A stretch of 64,000 bases of DNA, taken from assembly GCA_002791595.1 (NCBI GenBank), contig PFXJ01000025.1, forward strand, positions 19,880-83,879, given 5' to 3'. Both the position numbers and the translations under genes were made by a program. A model generated the notes under the pieces. The model did not search any database. It had not been told where the DNA came from and saw only the letters and a list, made by a program, of their open reading frames with translations. Source of the stretch: a candidate division Zixibacteria bacterium CG_4_9_14_3_um_filter_46_8. GTDB lineage: Bacteria > Zixibacteria > MSB-5A5 > UM-FILTER-46-8. The number at the start of each line of letters is the position of its first letter. The first letter of the stretch is position 1. This document shows, one piece after another, positions 20,811-29,726 of the stretch.

Positions 20811-21631
20811 TTGGAACAGAGCGCAAATTCAATCGAATAATTGCTTTTTCGATTATAATTATCTTCTCATTTTCATCACTGGCGCCCTTGTACTTTATGC
20901 TGGCTGGATCATTGCAGAATGTTGGACTGTCAGGTCCGTTGGAGGCGTTTCCATCCTCACTTTCTCTGCAAAGCTACAAAATGATTTTCTCATCATCACC
21001 GATGATACGATATGTTTTCAACAGCATCATCGTTGGACTCGCGGTAGTAATCGGCAATGTGATATTCTCGGTTTTGGTCGGTTACGGTTTTGCCAGATAC
21101 AGGTTCCGCGCCCGGGAATTCTGGTTTGCCTCAGCCCTGGTGGTGATGATGATCCCACCGCATGTCATTATAATCCCGCTCTATAAATTGATTAATGCCT
21201 TGGGTTGGTATAATAGCTATGCGGCTTTAATCATCCCCTGGCTGGTGAATCCATTTGGGATTTTCCTGATGCGGCAATATATTTTGTCATTGCCAACCGA
21301 AATTGAGGATGCGGCACGAGTAGATGGCGCCAGCGATCTTTACATAGTTTTCAAAATCGTAATGCCTCTGGCCAAACCGGCATTGGCGGTGCTGGCATTC
21401 CAGTCTTTCCTTACTAATTGGAATTCCTTTTTGTTCCCCTTTATACTCACTTCTTCGGATTCAATGCGAACATTGCCGGTAGCATTGGCATTGCTTAAAG
21501 GCTATCAAGCTATCGATTGGCCGCAACTTCTTGCGGCATCCACCATTTCCACTCTCCCTGTTTTAATCTTATTCCTGATATTTCAAAGACAGATTATATC
21601 TGGTATTACCGCTGGTGCATTAAAATCTTAG
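20807..21631 (+). CDS. Sugar ABC transporter permease (MalG/UgpE-like)
   Basis: 6-TM permease with EAA loop (EDAARVDGASDLYIVFKIVMP). Overlaps the upstream permease by 4 nt. Confidence 0.8.
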   Translation: MIGTERKFNRIIAFSIIIIFSFSSLAPLYFMLAGSLQNVGLSGPLEAFPSSLSLQSYKMIFSSSPMIRYVFNSIIVGLAVVIGNVIFSVLVGYGFARYRFRAREFWFASALVVMMIPPHVIIIPLYKLINALGWYNSYAALIIPWLVNPFGIFLMRQYILSLPTEIEDAARVDGASDLYIVFKIVMPLAKPALAVLAFQSFLTNWNSFLFPFILTSSDSMRTLPVALALLKGYQAIDWPQLLAASTISTLPVLILFLIFQRQIISGITAGALKS

Positions 21632-21766
21632 CGATTATTCAACATCAATTAATGGTGTGAAAATCGGATATGCGGATACGGAGCGATTGAGATTATCGCA
21701 AAAGTTGCAACCTACCATATTGGTTATGGAAAGCTATTGTAGAAACTGAATAATTATCAGCTTATT

Positions 21767-21785
21767 CCGAGGGACAAGCCCTCGG
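21767..21785. terminator. Stem-loop (7-bp GC-rich stem ccgaggg/ccctcgg) between the convergent ABC permease and amidase genes
   Basis: Perfect inverted repeat with a 5-nt loop. The flanks are only moderately U-rich on either strand. Confidence 0.3.
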
Positions 21786-21840
21786 CTACCTTAGAGAAGA
21801 TTCATTGGCGCAACCAATCAATTAACTTTTATTACATCCT

Positions 21841-23637
21841 CTATTTCTCCGCGTGATCGAGGAAATCGCAAATTCCCTGATAAATCCCCTCGGCGCATTT
21901 CTGCTGGAATCTCTTATCACGAAGCATCGCTTCTTGCTGGGGTATCATAATGAAAGCACATTCCACAAGCACTGCAAGCAATTCGGAAGGGCGAGTCAAG
22001 GCCAAATTGCCATATTGGACCCCATAATCAGGCAGTCCTGTCTTTTCAAGCATACGATTTTGAATCGCATCGGCAAGAGGTTTCGATTGAGGATGGTAAT
22101 AATAGGTGGAAACGCCGTTGTGAGTGAATGGATTCACACCGTCAGGCAAGGCGTTATTATGAATGGAAATCAAGATATCAGCATCAAAGTCCAGGGCGAT
22201 CTTTGGACGGTCGTAAATAGAAATCGGCTCGAATCCATATCGGGTTTGGATAACTTTTGCCCCATTTTTCTCCAATATCTTTCGGAGTTTGTGGGAAATC
22301 CAAAGGTTCACATCACGCTCGACTAAGCCCGTAGGACCAACCGCTCCGGGATCCGCACAATGACCCGGATCGATGACGATTCTCAACCCAGCCACCTTAG
22401 ATTTGAGAAACCCGCCGAATGGAGGTTGTTTCTTAATATGAAGATTGAAATTTGTATCGCTGTAACCTGCTTCATAACCCCATTGGTATCCTTGACTTAA
22501 TTCAAGAGTCAAGCGAAATACCCCATTTTCCGGTTGCGCCCATTCAGCCGCTCGGATAATGCTCTTGCTGGGGATATGCTTTATCCAATCGGCATCGCCG
22601 ATGACACCATATAGATAAATCGTCAATCTCGATGGGGAAAGCTCCTGCTCGATCCTATATGGATGTTTAAATGATAATGGTATCCTAACTATCGACTCGT
22701 CAGACTTCGCCTCGATAAAGACAGTCCGGACTCTGCTTGAAGGAATTTCAGTTCCCAGAGGCAAAATCTCCACGCTATCACGAGGCACAAATCCAGTCGT
22801 AGTTTCCGAAAGTTCCAACCGAATGAAATCACCGTCGAAACCATCATATACAGCTCTAATTCCCGGCGGCTGATAAAGAAGCAAATATCCGGCTTTGGGC
22901 GCAGTTCGGACAATCTGAGAATTTCCGGTAAATTCGACAACCCGAACATTATCCGAAAGGCGCGAAATTTTGCCTCTCGAATTGATCAATACGGAGTCGC
23001 CTTTAATCGAGCAGATTTTATATCGAATCGCACCAGCAAGGGTATCCACTGCATTGCCGATCCTGAAGTAATGACGATAATGCGACAGATGAACTGAATC
23101 CGTCAAAACGGGTTCATTCGCGAATTCACGTGAGTCGATATCTTGACCAGGATTTTCATATAGCGGAAACCAGGTGGTATCTCCGGGGAGACAATAAAAG
23201 GCAAAGTGATGAGGGGTGCCGTTAAAACCCAATTCTATGATTTCGCCAGATGGAAGTTGAATGTCTTGAAATGGAATTACACTTCCGGGATTGATAAACG
23301 TAAAATCTGGATCGATTTTCAAATCCGCGCCACCAATTGTGACCATTCTCTGGGTCATAATGGTATCCCCTGCGATAATTGAGACTAATCGGAATATGAA
23401 TTCACCATCGCTGACATCGAGAAATGCAAGGAATCCTCCGGATTCGTGAACAGGAATGGGTTGATCATTGATGAAAAGCGTGCTTCCGGGGTCGGTGTTG
23501 CCAAATATAAAGGTCGAATCGACCGAAGGTAGATAGCTATTGGGTCTTGGATAAATGATGGTTAGATGGCCTCCGTAGGAATTGGCGGAAACAACCAGGA
23601 AGATTACCAGAATGGCGGAAATGCTCCTGATTCTCAT
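21841..23637 (-). CDS. N-acetylmuramoyl-L-alanine amidase (Amidase_3 family) with a ~400 aa N-terminal region of unknown function
   Basis: Signal peptide and a C-terminal Amidase_3 domain (GLRIVIDPGHCADPGAVGPTG...NLWIS...HNNA). The N-terminal two-thirds has no recognised motif. Confidence 0.75.
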   Translation of the reverse strand: MRIRSISAILVIFLVVSANSYGGHLTIIYPRPNSYLPSVDSTFIFGNTDPGSTLFINDQPIPVHESGGFLAFLDVSDGEFIFRLVSIIAGDTIMTQRMVTIGGADLKIDPDFTFINPGSVIPFQDIQLPSGEIIELGFNGTPHHFAFYCLPGDTTWFPLYENPGQDIDSREFANEPVLTDSVHLSHYRHYFRIGNAVDTLAGAIRYKICSIKGDSVLINSRGKISRLSDNVRVVEFTGNSQIVRTAPKAGYLLLYQPPGIRAVYDGFDGDFIRLELSETTTGFVPRDSVEILPLGTEIPSSRVRTVFIEAKSDESIVRIPLSFKHPYRIEQELSPSRLTIYLYGVIGDADWIKHIPSKSIIRAAEWAQPENGVFRLTLELSQGYQWGYEAGYSDTNFNLHIKKQPPFGGFLKSKVAGLRIVIDPGHCADPGAVGPTGLVERDVNLWISHKLRKILEKNGAKVIQTRYGFEPISIYDRPKIALDFDADILISIHNNALPDGVNPFTHNGVSTYYYHPQSKPLADAIQNRMLEKTGLPDYGVQYGNLALTRPSELLAVLVECAFIMIPQQEAMLRDKRFQQKCAEGIYQGICDFLDHAEK

Positions 23638-24635
23638 TTCCTGATAGCCCCCAATCCATTGCGATTCTGCAGATTCATTATGCCCATCACGGTGCTCGCT
23701 CCGTCGAATGGATCATTGTTAATCAAAAGATTGCCATCAAGATCAATATAATCCGCCAATGTTGCCAAGTGCAAGGCGGCGGTTATTCCAATTGAGCTTT
23801 CCACCATACAACCCAGCAAGACCTTCATTCCCAATTGTTTCGCATACTGGATGATTCGCAAGGTGTCAAATAATAGGCCGCATTTCGATAATTTAACATT
23901 GATGCCATGCGCTTTACCATATAATTCGATAAGGTTGGAAAAACGATTCATATCTTCATCCACAAATATGGGTATCGAAGCTGAGGAAGTTAATTTATCC
24001 AATTCCTCATAATGACCGGCAGCAAGAGGTTGCTCAATAAACTCGATATTGTAATCTGCGAGGGCTTCAATTTTATCGATAGCTTCATTATAATTCCATC
24101 CGCCATTGACATCCAACCGTAGTTGAGCAGAAGACAATTCCCGGAATCTCTTGACCGTTTCAAGGTCATATTCCGAGCCCAGCTTCAATTTGTAGGCAGG
24201 GAAATCTGGTTTTGCCCGAAGAAAAGTTTCAATCTCGCCGGGCTTCGATATCCCGAAAGAAAAGGATGTTGGAATGCCCTTGGGCTCGGATAGCCCCAAG
24301 TATTCAAATAATGGCCGGCCATCCTGTGCCGCCAGGTAACCATAAATGGCTTGCGAAACCGCGCAAAGAGCGGGTCTGGGAAATCCAATTAATTCTTTGG
24401 GCCAAGGATTAGCTCGCAGATATTCAAAATCCCGCCCGAAATCAAAGGAGGCCAAAATCCCTTTGGCGGCATTGTATATATCATCCGGCGTCTGTCCAAG
24501 ATAGTAAAGCGGCGCTCCCTCGCCATAATGCCCATCGATTTCGACAACGACATTCTCCCGTTCATTAGTAGTTCCTCGGCTCAATCGAAATGAATGTTCA
24601 AGCCTAAGTTTTATCTTTTGAACTTGTATTTTCAT
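23634..24635 (-). CDS. L-Ala-D/L-Glu (dipeptide) epimerase, enolase superfamily
   Basis: Muconate-cycloisomerase/dipeptide-epimerase-like fold, 333 aa. Genomic context is a YkfB-like peptidoglycan peptide recycling cluster. Confidence 0.7.
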   Translation of the reverse strand: MKIQVQKIKLRLEHSFRLSRGTTNERENVVVEIDGHYGEGAPLYYLGQTPDDIYNAAKGILASFDFGRDFEYLRANPWPKELIGFPRPALCAVSQAIYGYLAAQDGRPLFEYLGLSEPKGIPTSFSFGISKPGEIETFLRAKPDFPAYKLKLGSEYDLETVKRFRELSSAQLRLDVNGGWNYNEAIDKIEALADYNIEFIEQPLAAGHYEELDKLTSSASIPIFVDEDMNRFSNLIELYGKAHGINVKLSKCGLLFDTLRIIQYAKQLGMKVLLGCMVESSIGITAALHLATLADYIDLDGNLLINNDPFDGASTVMGIMNLQNRNGLGAIRK

Positions 24636-24653
24636 CTTTCCGCACGCCCATCT

Positions 24654-25499
24654 TCATATAATTCTCTTTATCGCCTGAAGATTTTTGAGCAGTTCCCTTC
24701 CGAATCCGTCCGCATTATCACCCAAATTATCGACAAAGACCCCTCCATGATGCGCGCTACTATGGATTAGCAGTTCTCTACTGATTGCAATTCCCACGTG
24801 CCTTTTGAAAAAGAGCAGATCCCCGGCGCGATGGCCGCCATATTTTACGCTCCGTCCTTTCTCAATCTGGTCTTTTGTGTCACGTGGAAGCGTGATTCCG
24901 AATTGCTTGAATATTGCCTGCACAAAACCAGAACAATCCCATCCCGACGGTGCAATTCCTCCCCAAAGATAAGGCGTGCCGATAAATGATTTTGCCGTCT
25001 TAACGATGTTATTGATTATGGGAGACTTAAGCCTCAGAGACTCGATGGAATCAAAAGAACCGACTGGGATCCAACCGCTCTGTTCTTTACCAAGTGAGAC
25101 TTCAACCCATTGTTTTTTTTGATTCAAAAGACTGAACTCAGTATTAAAATGAACAAGCAAGATAGTTTCGGATTTCGGAGAAGGCGATTTGCGAACTTGT
25201 ATCATCCCCGCCGTAATGCGTATATCCCTTCGGGAGGCGCGGAATGGTATTCTCAAGTGGCTAATCCGGATGAAACCTGAATGACCATCTTTCAGATTGA
25301 TGGGGACAAAGCATCCGGTTTCGTCGCCCGTTATTTTGACTTTAGTCCCCCATAGCGCTTGCGACAGACGTTCGGAATGAAAATCGGGTTCGGCGCGGAT
25401 ATCGGTTACGCCGACTGATACCCCCGCAGAATTATTTGACCCCGATGGCCTTTTTCTCAACATGCTTGTGGATATAGGTGGCTGGCAGCCTGGGCCCAA
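24654..25499 (-). CDS. NlpC/P60 family peptidase with N-terminal SH3b-like domains (YkfC-like gamma-D-glutamyl-L-diamino acid endopeptidase)
   Basis: C-terminal NlpC/P60 catalytic Cys motif GWDCSGFVQAIF plus His. The N-terminal SH3-like region resembles the B. subtilis YkfC architecture. Confidence 0.75.
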   Translation of the reverse strand: MGPGCQPPISTSMLRKRPSGSNNSAGVSVGVTDIRAEPDFHSERLSQALWGTKVKITGDETGCFVPINLKDGHSGFIRISHLRIPFRASRRDIRITAGMIQVRKSPSPKSETILLVHFNTEFSLLNQKKQWVEVSLGKEQSGWIPVGSFDSIESLRLKSPIINNIVKTAKSFIGTPYLWGGIAPSGWDCSGFVQAIFKQFGITLPRDTKDQIEKGRSVKYGGHRAGDLLFFKRHVGIAISRELLIHSSAHHGGVFVDNLGDNADGFGRELLKNLQAIKRII

Positions 25500-26592
25500 G
25501 ACCGCAGGTAATTTCCCAGGGAATTGTGCCGCATAATTCCGCTATTTCATCAGCCCCGATAAATTCACCGCCCTGTGGTCCAATCAACACCGCTTCATCA
25601 CCAACCCCGGCATTTGTATGACTGGTGATATCAACCATCAGAGCATCCATACAGACCCTCCCCACAATCGGCGCGCGTCGGCCCCCGATCAACACCTTTC
25701 CCCTGTTTGATAAAGCCCGCGGATAACCGTCACCATAGCCAATTGGAATAGTAGCGATTCGCATATCATGCGTTGCAACAAAGCTCATTCCATAACCAAC
25801 AGATTCCCCGGTAATCAATTCCCTAACATACAGAATATGGCTTAAGAGTTTTAGCGCTGGTTTGACACTAACTATCCGCTTACTTTCCTTGGAAGGATAA
25901 TATCCATATAGAAGCAATCCCGCACGCACCATATCAAAATAAGAATCTTCAAAGTTGAGCACGCCGCCGGAATTGGCTATCGACATTATCAGCTTATGCG
26001 GAATCATCTCCCTCAGTTCTCGACCCATGGCACTAAAGCGGCGCAATTGCTCGATACTGAAAGATGGATCGCCATTGTCGGATGAAGAGAAATTGGTGGA
26101 GACACCGGCCAGTTTGAGATGCCTTAGTGTCCGGATCTCGTTTGCCAGAATGAGGGCTTCATCAGGGTTGGGACCGTAACGCGACATACCAGTGTTGACT
26201 TTGATAAATATATCTATCTTCTCATTGTCAGCAGTAATTTCATCCAATTGTTTCGCAAATCGCAGGTCGGAAATCGTTGGAATCAGATGATACTGAGTAA
26301 ATAAATGCGCTCGATCCGGTGGTTCTGGATACAGCACAATTATGGGTAAATGTATGCCCGCCTCCCGGAGTTGAATGGCTTCCTCGACCAACGCCACTCC
26401 GAAGCAATTTGCCCCGTTTTCAGCCATCACCCTGGCAACTTCAATCGCCCCATGCCCGTATCCATCCGCTTTGACTACTGCTTGGAGCGCCACTCCCGCA
26501 GGGAGTTTCTCTTTGATATTGCAGGTATTCTGTGCGATAACCCCTAAGTCTATTTCGATATACGATGGTCTATTATGATGATTTGGTCTCAT
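25432..26592 (-). CDS. alr: Alanine racemase
   Basis: PLP-binding motif VVKADGYGHG. TIM-barrel plus C-terminal beta domain. A short C-terminal extension overlaps the downstream NlpC/P60 gene by 68 nt. Confidence 0.9.
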   Translation of the reverse strand: MRPNHHNRPSYIEIDLGVIAQNTCNIKEKLPAGVALQAVVKADGYGHGAIEVARVMAENGANCFGVALVEEAIQLREAGIHLPIIVLYPEPPDRAHLFTQYHLIPTISDLRFAKQLDEITADNEKIDIFIKVNTGMSRYGPNPDEALILANEIRTLRHLKLAGVSTNFSSSDNGDPSFSIEQLRRFSAMGRELREMIPHKLIMSIANSGGVLNFEDSYFDMVRAGLLLYGYYPSKESKRIVSVKPALKLLSHILYVRELITGESVGYGMSFVATHDMRIATIPIGYGDGYPRALSNRGKVLIGGRRAPIVGRVCMDALMVDITSHTNAGVGDEAVLIGPQGGEFIGADEIAELCGTIPWEITCGLGPRLPATYIHKHVEKKAIGVK

Positions 26593-26672
26593 AAATCCTT
26601 ATATGGGCGAAAAAATAATGCCTTTAACTTAAGATCGTGAAATATAAACGTTTCTTGACAAAGTAAGTTTCC

Positions 26673-26701
26673 ATTGTATCACCACCCCGCCGCAAAGTCA
26701 A
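26673..26701 (-). promoter_or_regulatory. Sigma70-type promoter for alr (TTGACT-N17-TACAAT on the minus strand)
   Basis: Minus-strand -35 TTGACT (26696-26701) and -10 TACAAT (26673-26678) with a 17-nt spacer, ~80 nt upstream of the alr ATG. Confidence 0.45.
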
Positions 26702-26702
26702 G

Positions 26703-26728
26703 AAAAAAGGCGGCATCAAAAGCCGTCC
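26703..26728 (-). terminator. Rho-independent terminator (minus strand): GC hairpin ggcggc/gccgtc followed by a U6 tract
   Basis: On the minus-strand RNA: GGACGGC-UUUUGAU-GCCGCC followed by UUUUUU. Lies immediately upstream of the alr promoter. Confidence 0.5.
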
Positions 26729-26996
26729 ACCTTGATGACGAAAGGGTGTATTTGAACGTCATATGCGGAACGCATAGGCATCCATATTGTTGATAAAAGA
26801 ATCCAGTCTTATTCCCCTCTGCAGAGGGGTGGCCGAAGGCCGGGGTGTGTTCTTTCTATGGGAAAACACACCCCGTCTCCCCGATTGCATCAGAGATCCA
26901 CCCCTCTCAAAAGAGGGGATTCAAATGCTACTCCGCTCTCGCTTGGCCAAAAGCTCAAATTCAATTCGATGTATCACAATTTTGTCAACAGTCTGA

Positions 26997-27018
26997 GGCG
27001 GCATTAGAGCCGCCTTTT
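26997..27018 (+). terminator. Terminator-like hairpin ggcggc-attaga-gccgcc followed by TTTT (plus-strand sense), 20 nt beyond the stop of the minus-strand BNR gene
   Basis: Perfect 6-bp GC stem followed by a T4 run on the plus strand. On the minus strand the downstream tract is not U-rich. Confidence 0.35.
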
Positions 27019-27038
27019 CACCCTTATTTCCGAGATGA

Positions 27039-28811
27039 TTACTTCAGCAACACCATCCTGCGCGCTTCTGAGTGGTCATTCACAAAGAATTTATAGAAGT
27101 ATATCCCTGATACGAATTGGGAAGCATCCCAGCTTATAGTATGCTCTCCGGCATCAATCCTGCCATCCACCAGAATAGCGATCTTCTCCCCGAGGATATT
27201 ATAAATCGCCAATCTGACATCCGCAGCCTTATCAAGATTAAACTTGATGTTGGTCGAGGAATTAAATGGATTAGGATAGTTTTGACTCAGGTAATAATGG
27301 TTTGGAACGCCATTATCTTCCCCCGCCACTCCTTCCATCCATAGAGGATTGGGGATTGAGAGATAGCGCACGGGATTATCGGTTTGAGACCCCTCGGTTT
27401 GAGGGATGCCGCCCGCATCTTTGTCCTCGATGAATGTGATGTATATATTCTCATCGACTTTCTGTGCCATCGTTGACCAATGGTCGCTGTCGCAATCGCC
27501 AGGAAAACAGCCTTCAGTAGGGGAATTGGTAATATTGTCCGGATCGCTCCAAATCTCCCCACCATCGCCCGATGATGCCAGATAGAGTTCTCCATTGGAA
27601 TATCCGCCAACCGAAACATCTATATCATCGAAATGAGTCCAAAGGGCAAAAAGATTTCCTTGCTCATCTGCCGAAACGCTCATTTTGGAAGCTGAACGGT
27701 TCCATGCCCCGGGGAATGAAGCATACCAAGCATCATAAATCATATCGATTCCGGTAGCTTCCGACCAATGCCAGAGCAGGCAGGCATCCGCACTTATGGT
27801 TCCGCTGTCGGCATTGTAATAAGGGGTATTCCAAATTATATGTAGGTTGCCGTCATAGTCGTAACAGGCGGCCATATCGGCATAAGCGCGCAAGGTATCT
27901 TCCCATCTGTAGTTGGTGATGTTCACGATACTATTGTAATCCCACGTGGCGCCATCGGTCGATTCGATATAAGCGATATCGTTATTGAATTGATTCGGAT
28001 CACTGGGATTAAAATCGATCGGTTTAGGATAGACCAGCGCGACTTTGTCGTCAACATCGGAAGCGACCACGATAGTGGAAAAACAGGCGTACTCATCATA
28101 AATCTGAAAATCCTGCCAGCTACTGCCACCATCGGCGGAGTAGGTATGCCCGATTTTTTTCGGTATGTTTCCGGCTGATTCGCCCTCGGTGTCGGTAATA
28201 TGGATGTGGCCACCTTGGTCAGAAGCAATATATGGCCAAAGGAAATCAGTTTCGCCTGGATATTGATTGGGAACCTCATGATTAGTGAATAAACCCAAAC
28301 CACAACCTGCATCAACTCCGACATAGACAATGGTCTGAGGCGAATCATGATAGGCGATTAGGGCATTCCCCGTTGCCCGATCCACATCGAGATTGGTATA
28401 ACCATCTCTCGTGCCGGAAGAAGCCGGAGTGCCGTCTTCTCCCCAACCCGGCGTTCCGGACGGGTCAATATAGTTGTAGTAAATAAGGCGTGTCCCAGCC
28501 CAGTCAGTAACTCCTTTCATCCAACAAATATGGACTCCACAATCATGTTTGGCGATGCGATGACCGGTGGAACCGTTGGTTTGATAATCATAATAGGTCG
28601 AACCCACTATCATCCCCGGAGAGTCAGCGATGCCGCCCGGAACATAGGGAATTGCCCGCCGCATGGCGGCGGGTTGGGGAGATTCATCAGGAATTATCTC
28701 CCGAGCCTGCCCTTCCGCTATGCTGATTTTATGGATTTCGCCCGCATAGCCATCGAGAGAGAGGGAGATAATTAATGAAAGGGCCAAAGCCATCAGAATC
28801 AGGTTTTTCAT
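27039..28811 (-). CDS. Secreted BNR/Asp-box repeat protein with a T9SS C-terminal sorting domain (paralog 1)
   Basis: Signal peptide. Asp-box motifs SADGGSSW and SGDGGEIW. C-terminal ~80 aa LSQNYPNPFNSST...IYNILGEKI...SGIYFYKF...MVLLK matches the type IX secretion sorting-domain consensus. Confidence 0.7.
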   Translation of the reverse strand: MKNLILMALALSLIISLSLDGYAGEIHKISIAEGQAREIIPDESPQPAAMRRAIPYVPGGIADSPGMIVGSTYYDYQTNGSTGHRIAKHDCGVHICWMKGVTDWAGTRLIYYNYIDPSGTPGWGEDGTPASSGTRDGYTNLDVDRATGNALIAYHDSPQTIVYVGVDAGCGLGLFTNHEVPNQYPGETDFLWPYIASDQGGHIHITDTEGESAGNIPKKIGHTYSADGGSSWQDFQIYDEYACFSTIVVASDVDDKVALVYPKPIDFNPSDPNQFNNDIAYIESTDGATWDYNSIVNITNYRWEDTLRAYADMAACYDYDGNLHIIWNTPYYNADSGTISADACLLWHWSEATGIDMIYDAWYASFPGAWNRSASKMSVSADEQGNLFALWTHFDDIDVSVGGYSNGELYLASSGDGGEIWSDPDNITNSPTEGCFPGDCDSDHWSTMAQKVDENIYITFIEDKDAGGIPQTEGSQTDNPVRYLSIPNPLWMEGVAGEDNGVPNHYYLSQNYPNPFNSSTNIKFNLDKAADVRLAIYNILGEKIAILVDGRIDAGEHTISWDASQFVSGIYFYKFFVNDHSEARRMVLLK

Positions 28812-28935
28812 CTCTTAATCCTTTCAATTAAATGAATAAGTCAAACGACTAATACTGTATGAATTTATGTTAGAATGTTCTGGCGCAACCTGCACCAGCT
28901 TCGCCGGAACACAATTTAGAAAAATGGACAGCCAT

Positions 28936-29110
28936 TTACTTCAGCAACACCATCCTGCGGATCTTGCATAGATTGCGCCATAAGGTGATTCGCATTCGGT
29001 GAATAAGGATTTATTATGAAGGAACCCGATTGCAATTCACCGGCATGCGACTTCCACCGGAAACAAAGGGCACCTATAAAAAGGCTACCATTGGTCGCAG
29101 AATCCTGCAT
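28936..29110 (-). pseudogene. Degenerate, frameshifted remnant of a T9SS C-terminal sorting domain
   Basis: 28936-28959 is identical (24/24 nt) to the 3' end of paralog 1 (27039-27062), including the stop codon. Upstream, ...W-x-S-H-A-G-E-L-Q-S-G-S-F-I-I-N-P-Y... resembles the sorting-domain core but is split over three frames. Confidence 0.45.
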
Positions 29111-29468
29111 TGTCAGTAATCAAATACAGATCAACCTCTATCGTACCTTTGCTAGGTTTATTACCTTGATATTTATCATACTTACGGGTCTGACCATCCA
29201 TGAATTCGCCATCCAAGCAAAATGGTCCAGTATCGCGATTTATTCCGATCGCATAATAGCCCTCAGTAACCGATACCGCATTGTAATGCAAAGCCCCGAT
29301 TTGTAGCTGAATCGATACCCCAGCAGTAGGAACTCCATCTACTTTCGCTATACCCTTGAAAGCGGGTTCTGGTATTTGACCCTGGCAAATGCCATCACAG
29401 GGGACAAAAAGTGTAAAAATCCCCATCAATAACACCAGGACGACGAAACTCAAATATATTTTCTTCAT
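29085..29468 (-). CDS. Small secreted Cys-containing protein (127 aa); possibly the N-terminal part of a former T9SS cargo
   Basis: Signal peptide MKKIYLSFVVLVLLMGIFTLF with a GGGAG RBS. Four Cys. The C-terminus VDLYLITDNAG resembles the V-x-L-x-IY-x-x-G strand of the sorting domain and runs into the frameshifted remnant. Confidence 0.5.
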   Translation of the reverse strand: MKKIYLSFVVLVLLMGIFTLFVPCDGICQGQIPEPAFKGIAKVDGVPTAGVSIQLQIGALHYNAVSVTEGYYAIGINRDTGPFCLDGEFMDGQTRKYDKYQGNKPSKGTIEVDLYLITDNAGFCDQW

Positions 29469-29660
29469 GCTATACTCCCATTCCAATTACTTAGTTCATT
29501 AAGGATAATATTCGAACTTCCGGCAGTAATGAGTATCAATCTCAGAGGGAGAACGGGATTTAAAATAATTTGAATAATCAGTTTTCATTGGAGTGTTCAA
29601 CAGGATCTTGGCAAATTGTCGATTTTTCATCGATTATGATTGATAACAATCTAAATAACT

Positions 29661-29692
29661 AATGGCGCAACCGGCATTTCGGCTGCGCCATT
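29661..29692 (-). terminator. Intrinsic terminator-like hairpin downstream of BNR paralog 2 (9-bp stem aatggcgca/tgcgccatt)
   Basis: Perfect 9-bp stem with an inner 3-bp extension, followed on the minus strand by UAGUUAUUUAG. Lies 35 nt after the paralog 2 stop. Confidence 0.45.
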
Positions 29693-29726
29693 ATCAAGAA
29701 AATAAACTATTCGGGGTAAGAAACCC

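Noticed and set aside
26650-26730. T-box-like leader regulating alr
   Set aside because: A GGUGGA motif overlaps the terminator 5' arm, but no Stem I, specifier loop or full T-box sequence was seen. A strong promoter lies between the terminator and alr, and alr is not a known T-box target.
26787-26996. 69-aa plus-strand ORF inside the structured intergenic region
   Set aside because: It lies entirely within a run of perfect palindromes, has no RBS and an implausible composition. It is better explained as structured RNA or DNA than as coding sequence.
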